A stretch of DNA of 32,000 nt from Oscillatoriaceae cyanobacterium M7585_C2015_266 (GCA_015295835.1 DVEG01000020.1:299709-331708); one strand, 5' to 3'; shown: positions 1 through 10,249, numbered from the stretch's first letter. Numbers and translations are program-made. Notes: a model not told the origin generated them from the sequence alone.

Positions 1-1
1 C

Positions 2-190
2 AATCTCAGAGCAAAAGCGATTAGAAATGGAAAATGGGACATCGGTAATCGGTATTATCCCAGTCTTTTACCAAGCTACAATCAGCAGATTATACTACAG
101 CTTAATACTTTTGTCAATACTGCTGTAAACAATAATCCAAGTATTAGAAGCGATCGCAATCGCATCATCAAAACCGCCTCTCCCGCTTAG
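2..190 (+). CDS. 3' end of an unidentified ORF entering from the left edge (partial)
   Basis: Frame 2 is open from the window edge for 62 codons, ending at TAG 188-190. No recognisable motif. Confidence 0.25.
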   Translation, partial: NLRAKAIRNGKWDIGNRYYPSLLPSYNQQIILQLNTFVNTAVNNNPSIRSDRNRIIKTASPA

Positions 191-748
191 GAAACCCCAA
201 GCTTCGACGCACATATTTTGGAAACAAACCAAGCCCTCTTTAACAAAACGATTGATGCACAAACATTAAAGAATCTCATCAGTTTGAAATTGGGGAATAG
301 AATACTCCCCTCGGCTTTTGCACTAATGCCAATTGATTCGATTCAGGATTTATTTTTAGTGAGCATTTTTGACATAAAAGTTTTCACTTGTAGATTTAGG
401 AAAAGTTGAGGATGAGTTCGACTGGCAAAGGCAAAAATGACAAGCCAGGTAAAGGAGCGCTCGCTCCTCAACACTCAAACTGGCAAGCAAGAATCTAGAC
501 AAACTTGGCAAAAAATGTTTTAATTGACATTAAAACGCCGACTGGCATAACAGGTGCACTACCAAATGCAAATAATCCGCTTTTAGTCGCAGGAGCAAAG
601 ATTGAAGCAGCTATTACGCCCACTTCGCTCTCCGGGTAGCGACAGAATTCGCGCGTATTTATTAAAAAATTTAAGAATTCAGGCATTGCCCGGGCGGAAT
701 TAGCTAGTAGGGAAATTGCCTGTTCCGACTTTAAAAGGAAAATCCTAT

Positions 749-1633
749 ATGTTTAATCCAACCCAAATAATAATCGATGCCTTCGTAAACATCTTAAAAA
801 CAGGCTACCACCGTACCTATGGAGGATACAAGCCAGATTATGCCGACATTATCAGTTGGGCTGGAGGAATGGCGCTAGAAAATATCGCCAACAGCGACGC
901 CCTTTATCACAATATCGAACACACCATTATTGTCACCTTAGTAGGGCAAGAAATATTGCGGGGTAAGCACATTCGCGAAGGAGGAATATCTTGCGAAGAT
1001 TGGCTCCACTTCATCATTTCTCTATTGTGTCACGACATCGGTTATGTCAAGGGCGTTTGCAGACAAGATAAACCTGGTTTTTATGCCACCGGAGTAAACG
1101 GGGAAATTGTAGCTTTGCCTGACGGTACAACAGATGCTAGCCTTGCCCCTTACCGTGTCGAGCGCGGAAAATTATTTATTAATGAACGTTTCGGCGGTCA
1201 CAAAATTATCGATGTTGAGCAGATCGAACGCAATATTGAAATGACTCGCTTTCCGGTTGCTGATACACAGATTTATCACGATACAGCAAGCTTACCCGGA
1301 CTTGTTCTGGCTGCAGATTTAATTGGTCAGCTCAGTGATCCGGGATATTTTAGGAAAATTGGTGCTATTTTCTATGAGTTTGAAGAAATCGGGATAAATC
1401 AAAAACTAGGCTACAAAAATCCGGGAGATTTGCAACAAAAATATTCTAAGTATTTTTGGGACAGCGCCTATCCTTACATTCAGGAGGCGCTGCGTTATTT
1501 ATCTTTGACGCAACAAGGAAAACAAATTATTGCTAATTTACAGGCGAATGTATTTGTGCTGGAGTATCAAAATTCTGAAAAATACAATCAGGCTACTTCG
1601 GTGCTACTGCGGGCAAGCAGAGGCGCAGCTTGA
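749..1633 (+). CDS. HD-domain metal-dependent phosphohydrolase
   Basis: HD superfamily signature: YHNIEHT followed by LLCHDIGY. ATG at 749 is preceded by AAGGA. The ORF track starts at a less likely TTG at 716. Confidence 0.8.
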   Translation: MFNPTQIIIDAFVNILKTGYHRTYGGYKPDYADIISWAGGMALENIANSDALYHNIEHTIIVTLVGQEILRGKHIREGGISCEDWLHFIISLLCHDIGYVKGVCRQDKPGFYATGVNGEIVALPDGTTDASLAPYRVERGKLFINERFGGHKIIDVEQIERNIEMTRFPVADTQIYHDTASLPGLVLAADLIGQLSDPGYFRKIGAIFYEFEEIGINQKLGYKNPGDLQQKYSKYFWDSAYPYIQEALRYLSLTQQGKQIIANLQANVFVLEYQNSEKYNQATSVLLRASRGAA

Positions 1634-3246
1634 ATCAGAGTTTGCGTGTAAGGATGTTGTGGATGGGCAAAAATCTGTCGTGTGGGTCCGATTTCTACAA
1701 TCTTACCACTATTCATAACGGCAATGCGATCGCAAAAAAATCGTGCTACCCAAAGATCATGAGTAATAAATAAATAGGTTAACTGGAATTCTTCTTTTAA
1801 TTCCAACATCAATTCTAGTACCTGCGTCTGAACGCTGGCATCTAACATACTCACTGGCTCATCACAGATAACCAATTGCGGGCGAGTAATTAAGGCACGA
1901 GCGATCGCCACTCGTTGCTGCTGCCCTCCAGACAATTCAGCAGGAAAACGATCATAAAACTCTTTCCCTGCTAATCCCACCCGCTCAAGCATCTGTAAAA
2001 CCATTTCTTTTGCCTGTTTAGGCGTCGCCAGCTTGTGGATGAATAAAGGATCGGCAATACTCTGCCCAACCGTCATCATTGGATTGAGACAAGCGTGAGG
2101 ATCTTGAAAAATCATTTGCATTTGTCGTCGCTTTTGGCGCAGAGCTTTGGGCGATAATTTAGTCAAATCCGTGCCCATAAATTCTACTTTTCCGCCCGTT
2201 GGTTTAACTAATTGCAAAATCGTGCGTGACAGGGTACTTTTTCCGCATCCAGATTCTCCTACCAATCCTAGAATTTCCCCTGGATATAGTTCTAGGTTAA
2301 TGCCATCAACGGCTTTAATTATTTGCTCTGGTTGTTTGGAAAATAGCCGCTCTAAAAAGTTCTTTTCTATAATATAATGTTTTTGTAAATCTCGCACTAG
2401 CAATAAGGGAGATTGAGACTGAAAAGATTTCTGAGAAAGAGTGTTTTTTTCGGCTTGAATATGCAGCGCTGCATTCAAGAGTGAGCGGGTGTATTGGTGC
2501 TGCGGATTCTGGAAAACATCTGTAGCTGTACCGATTTCTACGATTTTGCCAGCATACATCACGGCAATGCGATCGCAATATTCTCCCACCATCGCCAAAT
2601 CGTGGGAAATTAATATCAGCGCTAAATTTCTCTCACGAACTAGCCGCGTTAACTCTTGCATGATTTCCGCCGCAACTGTCACATCCAAACTGGTAGTCGG
2701 TTCGTCGGCGACAATCATTTTCGGTTCGAGAAGTAATGCTAAAGCGATAGCCACCCGTTGTCGCATTCCGCCACTGAACTCATGTGGGTACTGCCCCCAC
2801 CGCGACGCAGGAATTTTCACTGCTTCCAGAGTCGCGATCACCTTTTCCTTAGCCTGTTTACGATTAAGGTGCGGCTGGTGTGCTAGCAGCGTTTCCATAC
2901 AGTGTTCCCCGATAGTCATTAAAGGATCGAGGCGCGTCATTGGATCTTGGAAAACTAGCGACACCGCCTCACCACGAAAGCGGCGCAATTGTTCCGGCTG
3001 CATATCAAAAACTGACTGCCCCTCAAAAATTACCCGCCCCTCAATTTTTGTTGCCGCAGGCAGCAGGCGCATTGCCGCACGCCCCAAGGTTGACTTGCCG
3101 CATCCCGACTCTCCCACCAGCCCCAGCCTTTCTCCCGCTTTCAGCGTCAGAGAGACGCCATCCACTGCCCAATTAGTTTCCCCGCCTCCTGTTTGATAGG
3201 GATATGCAACCCGGAGATTTTCCACGCAAAACAATGCTTCACTCAT
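1588..3246 (-). CDS. ABC transporter ATP-binding protein with two fused ATPase cassettes (DppD/DppF-like, peptide/nickel class)
   Basis: Two Walker A motifs (GESGCGKST twice), two signature motifs (FSGGMRQR, LSGGQQQR) and two Walker B motifs (IVADEPTTSLD, VICDEPVSMLD). No permease or binding protein is adjacent. Confidence 0.9.
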   Translation of the reverse strand: MSEALFCVENLRVAYPYQTGGGETNWAVDGVSLTLKAGERLGLVGESGCGKSTLGRAAMRLLPAATKIEGRVIFEGQSVFDMQPEQLRRFRGEAVSLVFQDPMTRLDPLMTIGEHCMETLLAHQPHLNRKQAKEKVIATLEAVKIPASRWGQYPHEFSGGMRQRVAIALALLLEPKMIVADEPTTSLDVTVAAEIMQELTRLVRERNLALILISHDLAMVGEYCDRIAVMYAGKIVEIGTATDVFQNPQHQYTRSLLNAALHIQAEKNTLSQKSFQSQSPLLLVRDLQKHYIIEKNFLERLFSKQPEQIIKAVDGINLELYPGEILGLVGESGCGKSTLSRTILQLVKPTGGKVEFMGTDLTKLSPKALRQKRRQMQMIFQDPHACLNPMMTVGQSIADPLFIHKLATPKQAKEMVLQMLERVGLAGKEFYDRFPAELSGGQQQRVAIARALITRPQLVICDEPVSMLDASVQTQVLELMLELKEEFQLTYLFITHDLWVARFFCDRIAVMNSGKIVEIGPTRQIFAHPQHPYTQTLIQAAPLLARSSTEVA

Positions 3247-3473
3247 TTTTGGCTCTCGGCTATCAGCAATTATGCCCTCTGCAAACTTTTGATTTTAGAC
3301 TGTAAACTCTCCGGGGTAAGTAGTCCAGCTACCGGAGTGAGTGGGAGAGTAGGAGAGGGGTGAAGGGCTCTCAAGGATAGTTTTTTTATCTGCCCGCTCC
3401 AAAAAACAAATATTCTTGCTGTTTATCACCCCTTTTAAGTATCACCCTTCACCCCTTTTCTTTTTTCTACTGC

Positions 3474-3827
3474 TCACTCCCCAAGAAGTGCCGAACAATA
3501 ACCGAGCAGGGTTTTGAGGCGATCGCTCACTTGTATTTGTCTTACTCGTAAAGTTTCAGAAGAGTGCGCCGAGCGCAAAAACATCAAATCCATTTTTAAC
3601 AGGCGCAGTTGCTTGTGCATTTCCGTATGCAAAGACTGTATTCTAGATGCCATTTCTGGGGAAATATCGTCTGCTTTCAAACCCAAAATCTCCCGCCCGA
3701 AAAATTCTTGCACCCCAGAGAACGACTTCCAGAGTGTTCCCGTATCCGATTCTACGGTAATTTCCTGCAACTGTTCCAGGGTTTGCTTGAATTCCGTATA
3801 TTTCTTGCGGTAGTTACTCGGCACCAT
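3474..3827 (-). CDS. Small conserved cyanobacterial protein, resembles the PatD (heterocyst frequency control) family
   Basis: 117 aa. The pattern SLHTEMHKQLRLLKMDLMFL...DRLKTLLGYCSALL resembles my recollection of PatD-family proteins. The family assignment is from memory only. Confidence 0.45.
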   Translation of the reverse strand: MVPSNYRKKYTEFKQTLEQLQEITVESDTGTLWKSFSGVQEFFGREILGLKADDISPEMASRIQSLHTEMHKQLRLLKMDLMFLRSAHSSETLRVRQIQVSDRLKTLLGYCSALLGE

Positions 3828-4080
3828 AATAAAATAAATTTACTTATATTACTATATTGTAAGAAAGCTCTTTTAATGACTGTTCATAAAGCTTCGAGGA
3901 AGCTGTGAATTTTCTTGACAGTGAGAATCTTCTAGCTAAATTGTTCACTGTCTCGATTTCAGCCTTCCCAAAAAGCACATCGCCACTTAAACCGCCAATA
4001 ATTCTGTATAAATTGATACAGAAATGCGTTACAGCTAATTCTCTGCACCCAAGACTACTTATACATAAAGAGAGAGAGTT

Positions 4081-6348
4081 ATGAATCCAGTTGCAACAAC
4101 TTGTTCTTATAATGTCGAACTTCCCGATTGGCTGGAAAATTGCTTGCAATCCCAAAATGAAACATTAGACACAAAAGAAAATTTTGCTTCCCCGGCAGAT
4201 AAATCATTAATCTGTAGAGCATTTGATTTTGCATATAATTTGCATGAAGGACAGGTTCGGAAATCTGGAGAACCCTATATTTGCCATCCGATCGCAGTAG
4301 CAGGGTTACTGCGAGATCTTGGCGGCAATAGCACAATGATAGCGGCAGGCTTACTACACGATGTCGTTGAAGATACCAACGTTACACTAGAAGAACTAGA
4401 AGAGCGGTTTGGTTACGAGGTGCGGCTACTGGTAGAAGGTGTTACCAAACTCTCGAAAATTAAGTTTTCTAGCAAAACCGAGCGTCAAGCAGAAAGCTTC
4501 CGCCGCTTGTTCCTAGCAATGGCTCAAGATATTCGGGTAATCGTAGTCAAGCTGGCAGATCGCTTACATAACATGCGCACGCTAGAACACCTGCCCGAGG
4601 AGAAGCGCCGTCAAATTGCTCTGGAAACGCGAGAAATCTTTGCACCTTTGGCCAATCGTCTGGGGATCGGTAGCTTTAAATGGGAATTAGAAGATTTAGC
4701 GTTTAAATATTTAGAACCCGAAGCCTACCGCCAGATACAGGAGTTGGTGGCAGAAAAACGTTCCGCTCGGGAAGCGCAGTTAGCAGAAATAGCTGCAACC
4801 CTCAGACAACGTATAGAAAAAGCTAACATTCGCTGTATAGATGTCAGCGGGCGTCCCAAGCACTTATATGGTATTTATCAAAAGATGCAGCGACAAAACA
4901 AAGAATTTCACGAAATATATGATGTAGCTGCAGTACGGATTATAGTTGAAACAAAAGAAGAATGCTATCGCGCTTTGGCGATCGTACATGACCTCTACCG
5001 CCCTATCCCAGGTCGATTTAAGGATTATATCGGTTTACCAAAACCTAATAGATACCAATCTCTACATACCGTAGTGATCGGAAATACAGGGCGCCCTGTC
5101 GAAGTACAGATTCGCACCCTGGAAATGCACCATATTGCTGAGTACGGAATTGCCGCTCATTGGAAGTACAAAGAAACTGGTTCCTCGAATCATACTCAGA
5201 TGTCTGATATTGAGGAAAAATTCACTTGGCTACGGCAGCTTTTGGATTGGCAAAGCGATCTCAAAGATGCTCAGGAATATATGGAGAGCATCAAAAATAA
5301 TTTATTTGAAGATGAAGTGTTTGTTTTTACTCCGAAAGGAGATGTGATAGCCTTGGCACGAGGGGCAACGCCGGTGGATTTTGCCTATCGCATTCATACA
5401 GAAGTAGGTAATCACTGTGCCGGGGCGCGGGTGAATGATCGCATGGTGCCTTTGGATACGCCGCTGAAAAATGGCGATATTGTGGAAATTTACACCCATA
5501 AAAACAGTCACCCAAGTTTGGATTGGTTGAATTTTGTGGTGACAACGGGAGCGCGCAACCGGATTCGTCAGTGGTATAAGCGATCGCACCGTGAGGAAAA
5601 TATAGAACGGGGTCGCAGTTTACTGGAAAAAGAATTGGGCAAAAATGGCTTTGAAGCTTTGCTGAAGTCGGAACAGATGCAAAAAGTTGCCGAACGCTCT
5701 AATTACCATAGCGTCGAAGACTTGCTTGCTGCACTGGGTTACGGCGAGATAACTCTCAACCAAGTCGTTCACCGCTTGCGTGATGTCGTCAAATCTACTC
5801 AGGCAGTAGCCTTGCTCCCAGAAACGCCTCCCCTACCAACAGAAGCAGCTCGCACCTTTCGGCAATCCCCACAAGTTTCTACTTCAACAAAATCTCCGAT
5901 CGCTGGTGTCGAAGGTTTATTATATCATTTGGCTGGTTGTTGTCACCCAATCCCCGGCGAACCGATTATCGGTGTCGTTACCCGCAGCAGTCGCGGCATT
6001 TCTATTCACCGACAGGGATGTCCTAATCTGGAAACAGTACAGGGCGAGCGCTTAGTGCCAGTGAGTTGGAATCCCATTGATGAAGACGGGCGTCCTCAAA
6101 CTTACCCGGTTGAGGTGCAAATCGAAGCTATTGACAGGGTGGGGGTTCTCAATGACATTCTCTCCCGGCTCAAAGATAATAATATTAATGTACGCAGCGC
6201 GCAAGTCAAAACTTACCCTGGTTTACCAGCTCTGATTCAATTGTGTATTGATGTACGCGATCGCGCGCAACTTGATCGCACCTTCTCCCAGATTAAAAAG
6301 ATGAGCGACATCCTCAATATGCGACGTCTCAATCCAGTCGATGAATAA
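4081..6348 (+). CDS. spoT: Bifunctional (p)ppGpp synthetase/hydrolase RelA/SpoT
   Basis: 755 aa. HD hydrolase domain (HPIAVA...LLHDVVEDT), RelA/SpoT synthetase region (GRPKHLYGIYQKM...YDVAAVRIIV...YQSLHT), TGS (VFTPKGDVIALARGATPVDFAY) and a C-terminal ACT-like domain. Confidence 0.95.
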   Translation: MNPVATTCSYNVELPDWLENCLQSQNETLDTKENFASPADKSLICRAFDFAYNLHEGQVRKSGEPYICHPIAVAGLLRDLGGNSTMIAAGLLHDVVEDTNVTLEELEERFGYEVRLLVEGVTKLSKIKFSSKTERQAESFRRLFLAMAQDIRVIVVKLADRLHNMRTLEHLPEEKRRQIALETREIFAPLANRLGIGSFKWELEDLAFKYLEPEAYRQIQELVAEKRSAREAQLAEIAATLRQRIEKANIRCIDVSGRPKHLYGIYQKMQRQNKEFHEIYDVAAVRIIVETKEECYRALAIVHDLYRPIPGRFKDYIGLPKPNRYQSLHTVVIGNTGRPVEVQIRTLEMHHIAEYGIAAHWKYKETGSSNHTQMSDIEEKFTWLRQLLDWQSDLKDAQEYMESIKNNLFEDEVFVFTPKGDVIALARGATPVDFAYRIHTEVGNHCAGARVNDRMVPLDTPLKNGDIVEIYTHKNSHPSLDWLNFVVTTGARNRIRQWYKRSHREENIERGRSLLEKELGKNGFEALLKSEQMQKVAERSNYHSVEDLLAALGYGEITLNQVVHRLRDVVKSTQAVALLPETPPLPTEAARTFRQSPQVSTSTKSPIAGVEGLLYHLAGCCHPIPGEPIIGVVTRSSRGISIHRQGCPNLETVQGERLVPVSWNPIDEDGRPQTYPVEVQIEAIDRVGVLNDILSRLKDNNINVRSAQVKTYPGLPALIQLCIDVRDRAQLDRTFSQIKKMSDILNMRRLNPVDE

Positions 6349-6372
6349 ATCTGAATAAATTTGCTGCTGTTG

Positions 6373-6831
6373 TTAAAAGCGATCGCTTACTTTACTACTT
6401 CCTTTTTCCTCTGCTGATCTTAGCTTGGTTTTCAGATATTGCAACCCAGCCCATGTGAGCATACATCCCGCCAAATAGTGCGGGAAGTCCCACCACACAA
6501 ATGTTGTCCCCAGTAGTAGTTTGCCTATAAACGAAGCTCGCATCACCTGCAAAAAAGGGGGCTGCCACAGTTGCAGCACTTCTATTAAGCATGTGGCGAT
6601 AAAAACCACTGCCGCTATTTTAGCCAGTGACGCCCTTGGCCAAATTAGCACTCCTATCATTATCCAGAATGCTTCATATATGATATCACCGAAATAATCA
6701 TTAATCCACTCTTTTAGTGGTCCCTGATAAAACTTACTGGCTATTCCTATAGGAATTAGAGCGATCGCGCAATACAATACAATCCTTCTGTACATTCGCA
6801 ATACCTTTTCTGTCTCTTTTATTTTCATCAT
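6373..6831 (-). CDS. Small integral membrane protein (DUF2809-like)
   Basis: 152 aa with four hydrophobic segments. The layout resembles the DUF2809 family. Assignment from memory. Confidence 0.55.
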   Translation of the reverse strand: MMKIKETEKVLRMYRRIVLYCAIALIPIGIASKFYQGPLKEWINDYFGDIIYEAFWIMIGVLIWPRASLAKIAAVVFIATCLIEVLQLWQPPFLQVMRASFIGKLLLGTTFVWWDFPHYLAGCMLTWAGLQYLKTKLRSAEEKGSSKVSDRF

Positions 6832-6973
6832 TTCCGTTTGTGTAATTCTATATTTTTCTGAGCCTGGAATATTTTTGTGAGAATATATTAAAAGTGTGTA
6901 AAGAAATGTTATTTTTTTATTAACGTTTAATACAAACTCTAAGTAACGACGATAGACTCATATAGAACTGCCG

Positions 6974-7774
6974 ATGCCAAACACCTATCCTAAAAAACTT
7001 CTAGTATCCCTCGCCGCCCTTTTCTTGGCTCTGTGTGTTTGGGCACAAGCCCCCGTCGCCCACGCCTACGACAATCCTGAGCTACTCCCAGACACTCAAA
7101 CTAATGTCATCGACTTGGCAAAATCCCTAACAGACATTCAGGAAGAAATGCTTAACAAAGACTTGCAGCAATTTGAAGCCGAAACCGGCTACAAGCTGCG
7201 AGTTTTAACCCAATACGATAGAACCCCAGGAAGGGCAGTAAAAAAATTCTGGGACTTGGATAACAAAAGTGTTCTCCTCGTTGCCGATCCGCGCGGCGGC
7301 AATATTCTTAATTTTAACGTCGGCGACGATTTGTACTCGCTACTGCCTCGCACCTTCTGGGTAGAATTGCAAACACGCTTTGGCAATCAATTCTTTGTCC
7401 GAGAACAAGGTGAAGACCAAGCTATTATTCAATCTTTAGAATCTGTTAAAACTTGTTTACGTCAAGGCGGTTGCCGCGTCGTACCCGGATTGCCAAGAGA
7501 GCAGTGGATTCTCACCCTGATTACTTCTGTTATCGGCGGCATTGTGTTTGGATTCGCTGCCCAACCCCGCGATGGAAAAGCGTTTGCATGGCAATGGGCG
7601 CTTATTTTCTCTCCCCTGTGGGGGATTTTATTTCTCGCTTTCGGTATAGGACCTGTTATTAGCCGCACAAACGATTGGCTACCTTTATTCCGCAATATTA
7701 TTGGGTTCGTTATGGGTGCGCTAGTAGCCTACCTGACGCCGATTATTAGTCAATCTTCTGCATCTGAAACTTAA
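6974..7774 (+). CDS. TPM-domain protein (Psb32/TLP18.3-like) with a C-terminal membrane anchor region
   Basis: N-terminal signal peptide (LALCVWAQAPVAHA), a TPM-like core (VIDLAKSLTD...ETGYKLRVLTQ...LLVADPRGGN) and hydrophobic C-terminal helices. Confidence 0.7.
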   Translation: MPNTYPKKLLVSLAALFLALCVWAQAPVAHAYDNPELLPDTQTNVIDLAKSLTDIQEEMLNKDLQQFEAETGYKLRVLTQYDRTPGRAVKKFWDLDNKSVLLVADPRGGNILNFNVGDDLYSLLPRTFWVELQTRFGNQFFVREQGEDQAIIQSLESVKTCLRQGGCRVVPGLPREQWILTLITSVIGGIVFGFAAQPRDGKAFAWQWALIFSPLWGILFLAFGIGPVISRTNDWLPLFRNIIGFVMGALVAYLTPIISQSSASET

Positions 7775-7787
7775 TATAGGGGTTTGT

Positions 7788-7822
7788 GTGGGAGCGCTCG
7801 CTCTTTTCCACCGCTCCCCCAC
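7788..7822. terminator. Imperfect hairpin between convergent genes
   Basis: GTGGGAGCG (7788-7796) pairs with CGCTCCCCCAC (7812-7822), leaving a 2-nt bulge. It lies between the stop codons at 7774 (+) and 7827 (-). Confidence 0.3.
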
Positions 7823-7826
7823 TTGT

Positions 7827-8828
7827 TTACACTTGCAAACTCAATTTCGGCGTAACAGGTATCCCAGGAACAGAAACAGGTTTTGTCTGCTGCACTATTC
7901 CTATCTGACTCAAGAAAAGACCTGCTAAAATCACACTGCCGCCAATTAATTGCGCAAAGTTCGGAATTTCACCTAAAATTAAATAAGCAGCTACTACCCC
8001 GGCAAGCGGTGTAAAACAACCAGCTAGAGAAATATCAGCGGCAGCAGAATTTTTAACGCCTGTAAACCAGCAAATTTGACCAAGCCCGAAAATTATTGGC
8101 CCTCCTAAGAACATCAACTGCCATAAATAAGGGGAAAAGGCATCTGATAAATGATGGTTGTCATATCCGGCTGCAATTAAGCAAAATGATACTGTGGTTC
8201 CTGCCACTGCCCTGGATACGCTGATCATGCCACTGGGAATCTGGCTGAGTTGTGTTTTGATGATTAAAGTCGCGCTGGCAAATGCGATCGCTGCCCCTAC
8301 GACTAATATTTCACCTTTACCTACATGGTAGAAAATTCCTGCACTCTCTGTTTGCAGGGCAGTAGTCAATCCCACCCCCGTGAAGGCGATCGCAGTTCCG
8401 ATAATTTGACAAATCGTAACTCTTTCTTTCAGCAACCATACTGAAAGCACTAACACTAATAGCGGCTCCAGTCGCCCTACTAATACTACATTTGCTACAG
8501 GCGTCATTGACAGGGCTTTGAAAACTAACAGCGGTGCGATCGCTCCATTTAAAAGCCCCACCGCTGCCAAGCATAACCACTCCCGCCTCCCTCGCTGTTT
8601 GAAAAAACTTATATCCCACTGTCGGCAGTATACTGCTATCATAAATATTAAAGCGCAGAAATTTCCCGCCAGCGAGATATTTAAATAAGAAATATGCTCT
8701 GCCCCCATTTCCGTCAGCCGCCTTACGAAGGCAGTAGACATGCCGAAAATAACAATGCCTAAAAATAAATATACAGGCCCCGGAATCTGTAATGCCCAAT
8801 TAGAGAAATTTGCCCTTCTGATTTCCAT
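7827..8828 (-). CDS. DMT-superfamily (EamA-type) transporter
   Basis: About 10 hydrophobic helices in the two-repeat organisation typical of EamA. ATG at 8828 is preferred over the TTG at 8843 used in the ORF track. Confidence 0.8.
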   Translation of the reverse strand: MEIRRANFSNWALQIPGPVYLFLGIVIFGMSTAFVRRLTEMGAEHISYLNISLAGNFCALIFMIAVYCRQWDISFFKQRGRREWLCLAAVGLLNGAIAPLLVFKALSMTPVANVVLVGRLEPLLVLVLSVWLLKERVTICQIIGTAIAFTGVGLTTALQTESAGIFYHVGKGEILVVGAAIAFASATLIIKTQLSQIPSGMISVSRAVAGTTVSFCLIAAGYDNHHLSDAFSPYLWQLMFLGGPIIFGLGQICWFTGVKNSAAADISLAGCFTPLAGVVAAYLILGEIPNFAQLIGGSVILAGLFLSQIGIVQQTKPVSVPGIPVTPKLSLQV

Positions 8829-9355
8829 CCCTGAACACCGCAATTAAAAATTTTTCATTTTATTTCCCAGAGAAAGTTTTGCCCCTGAATTCAGGAGCGC
8901 TCGCTGCCATCTTCTCTTTTCTACACGCAGCTTTGTGTAGAGGTTCGTGTATGTGAACCCCTGCGAATCCCTAACAGGCAATTACTTTGTCAATAACCTA
9001 GAGGCTATTTACAGCCTGAAAATCGCCAATAGCCGATTAGCTCCTTGAAAAATAATTGGCATTTTGGCCATTCTTTGGGGATTTTTAATATACAAACTTC
9101 TTGCCATCTCCGAAAGGAGAATATTTTTCTACCTCAATCGCATTGTAGCACGAAATTTATAAAAAAATTTCAAATTTTTCAGAAGTTTTTTTTGGGGGAA
9201 AAGAGGAGAGAGGGCCAAGGGCCAAACCGCTCTTTAACTCGACAGTTATTCTATGCCGGCGCTTTTGTAGATACGTAGTATGCAACCTTTCTGGCAATTT
9301 ACTTATAATTTACTTTTGTTTATTCACAGCGTGTCTATTTGCATTTAAGCAAAGA

Positions 9356-10249
9356 TTATCGAAAGCGAATTAATTGTTTTAACTCTTGCCACCACAGGAT
9401 TTTACCAGAGGTAGTTTGCTTGTTAATGAAAACGCCATTACTAGGGCTGAAAAAAAGCGCTAAAACAAAAAATCCCGACGTCACTAAAACGATCGCTGGT
9501 CCTGGAGGTATGTTATTATAGTAACTAATATACATGCCGCTGATACTGGAAATGATCCCGAAAATAGCTCCTAATATCATTACTTGATGCAAGCGGGGAA
9601 CTAACAAGTAAGCTGTTGCAGCTGGAGTAATTAATAAAGCTAACACAAGCACAACGCCAACGGCTTTCATGCTGGCAACGACGGTTAAAGCGATCAAAAC
9701 CATTAAACCAAAATTAAGCAGATTTACAGGCAATCCTGTAGCCTGGGCACCAAGAGGATCGAAGCTGTAAAATAATAGTTCTTTGTAAAGTAGTATTACG
9801 ACAAGCAAGACAAGTACGGAAATAATAGCAGTGTCGCGGACATCTTCGGGGAGAACACTAAGAATATTGCCGAATAAAAAATGATTGAGGTCAATTTTGT
9901 TGTCTTTCTGTATAATAGTAATTAAGGTAATGCCGAGGGCAAAAAAGGCAGAAAAAACAATGCCCATGGCAGCATCTTCTTTGATAGGCGAGCGCGTACG
10001 TATCCAAGCGATCGCAATCGTACTGAGGACGCCGGCAATAAAAGCACCAATAAAAATATTAGAATCTAACATAAAAGCGATCGCCAGCCCCGGCAGTACC
10101 GAGTGAGAAATCGCCTCTCCCAGAAGCGCTAAACGCTGTACCATTAAGTAACTGCCCACAACAGCGCAAGTCAAACCAACCAAAACCCCAATAGCAAGCG
10201 CTCGCTGTATAATTTCCGAATGCCACGGTTCCAGCAAAATTTGTAACAT
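9356..10249 (-). CDS. mntB: Metal (Mn/Zn) ABC transporter permease, cluster-9 type
   Basis: 297 aa polytopic protein with the ZnuB/MntB-like pattern. Immediately downstream of the cognate ATPase. Confidence 0.85.
   Translation of the reverse strand: MLQILLEPWHSEIIQRALAIGVLVGLTCAVVGSYLMVQRLALLGEAISHSVLPGLAIAFMLDSNIFIGAFIAGVLSTIAIAWIRTRSPIKEDAAMGIVFSAFFALGITLITIIQKDNKIDLNHFLFGNILSVLPEDVRDTAIISVLVLLVVILLYKELLFYSFDPLGAQATGLPVNLLNFGLMVLIALTVVASMKAVGVVLVLALLITPAATAYLLVPRLHQVMILGAIFGIISSISGMYISYYNNIPPGPAIVLVTSGFFVLALFFSPSNGVFINKQTTSGKILWWQELKQLIRFR

Noticed and set aside
218-686. Two 63-aa ORFs (218-409 plus strand, 495-686 minus strand) in the left-hand intergenic region
   Set aside because: The first has a TTG start. 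Neither has a recognisable motif or convincing translation signals. I cannot support them as genes, although the 495-686 product is hydrophobic enough to be a small membrane protein.
2489-3196. 235-aa plus-strand ORF, plus the neighbouring ORFs at 2147-2377 and 2940-3176
   Set aside because: These are antisense shadow ORFs inside the well-supported ABC ATPase gene. Their composition is Ser/Arg/Cys/Pro-rich and they carry no motifs.
8317-8799. 160-aa minus-strand ORF
   Set aside because: It is an alternative frame entirely inside the EamA transporter gene. It has no motifs, and the transporter frame explains the open reading.
9045-9278. 77-aa ORF in the 0.5-kb spacer
   Set aside because: It is the product of an AT-rich, low-complexity region (runs of K, F and Q) with no SD sequence. 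I treat the region as non-coding.
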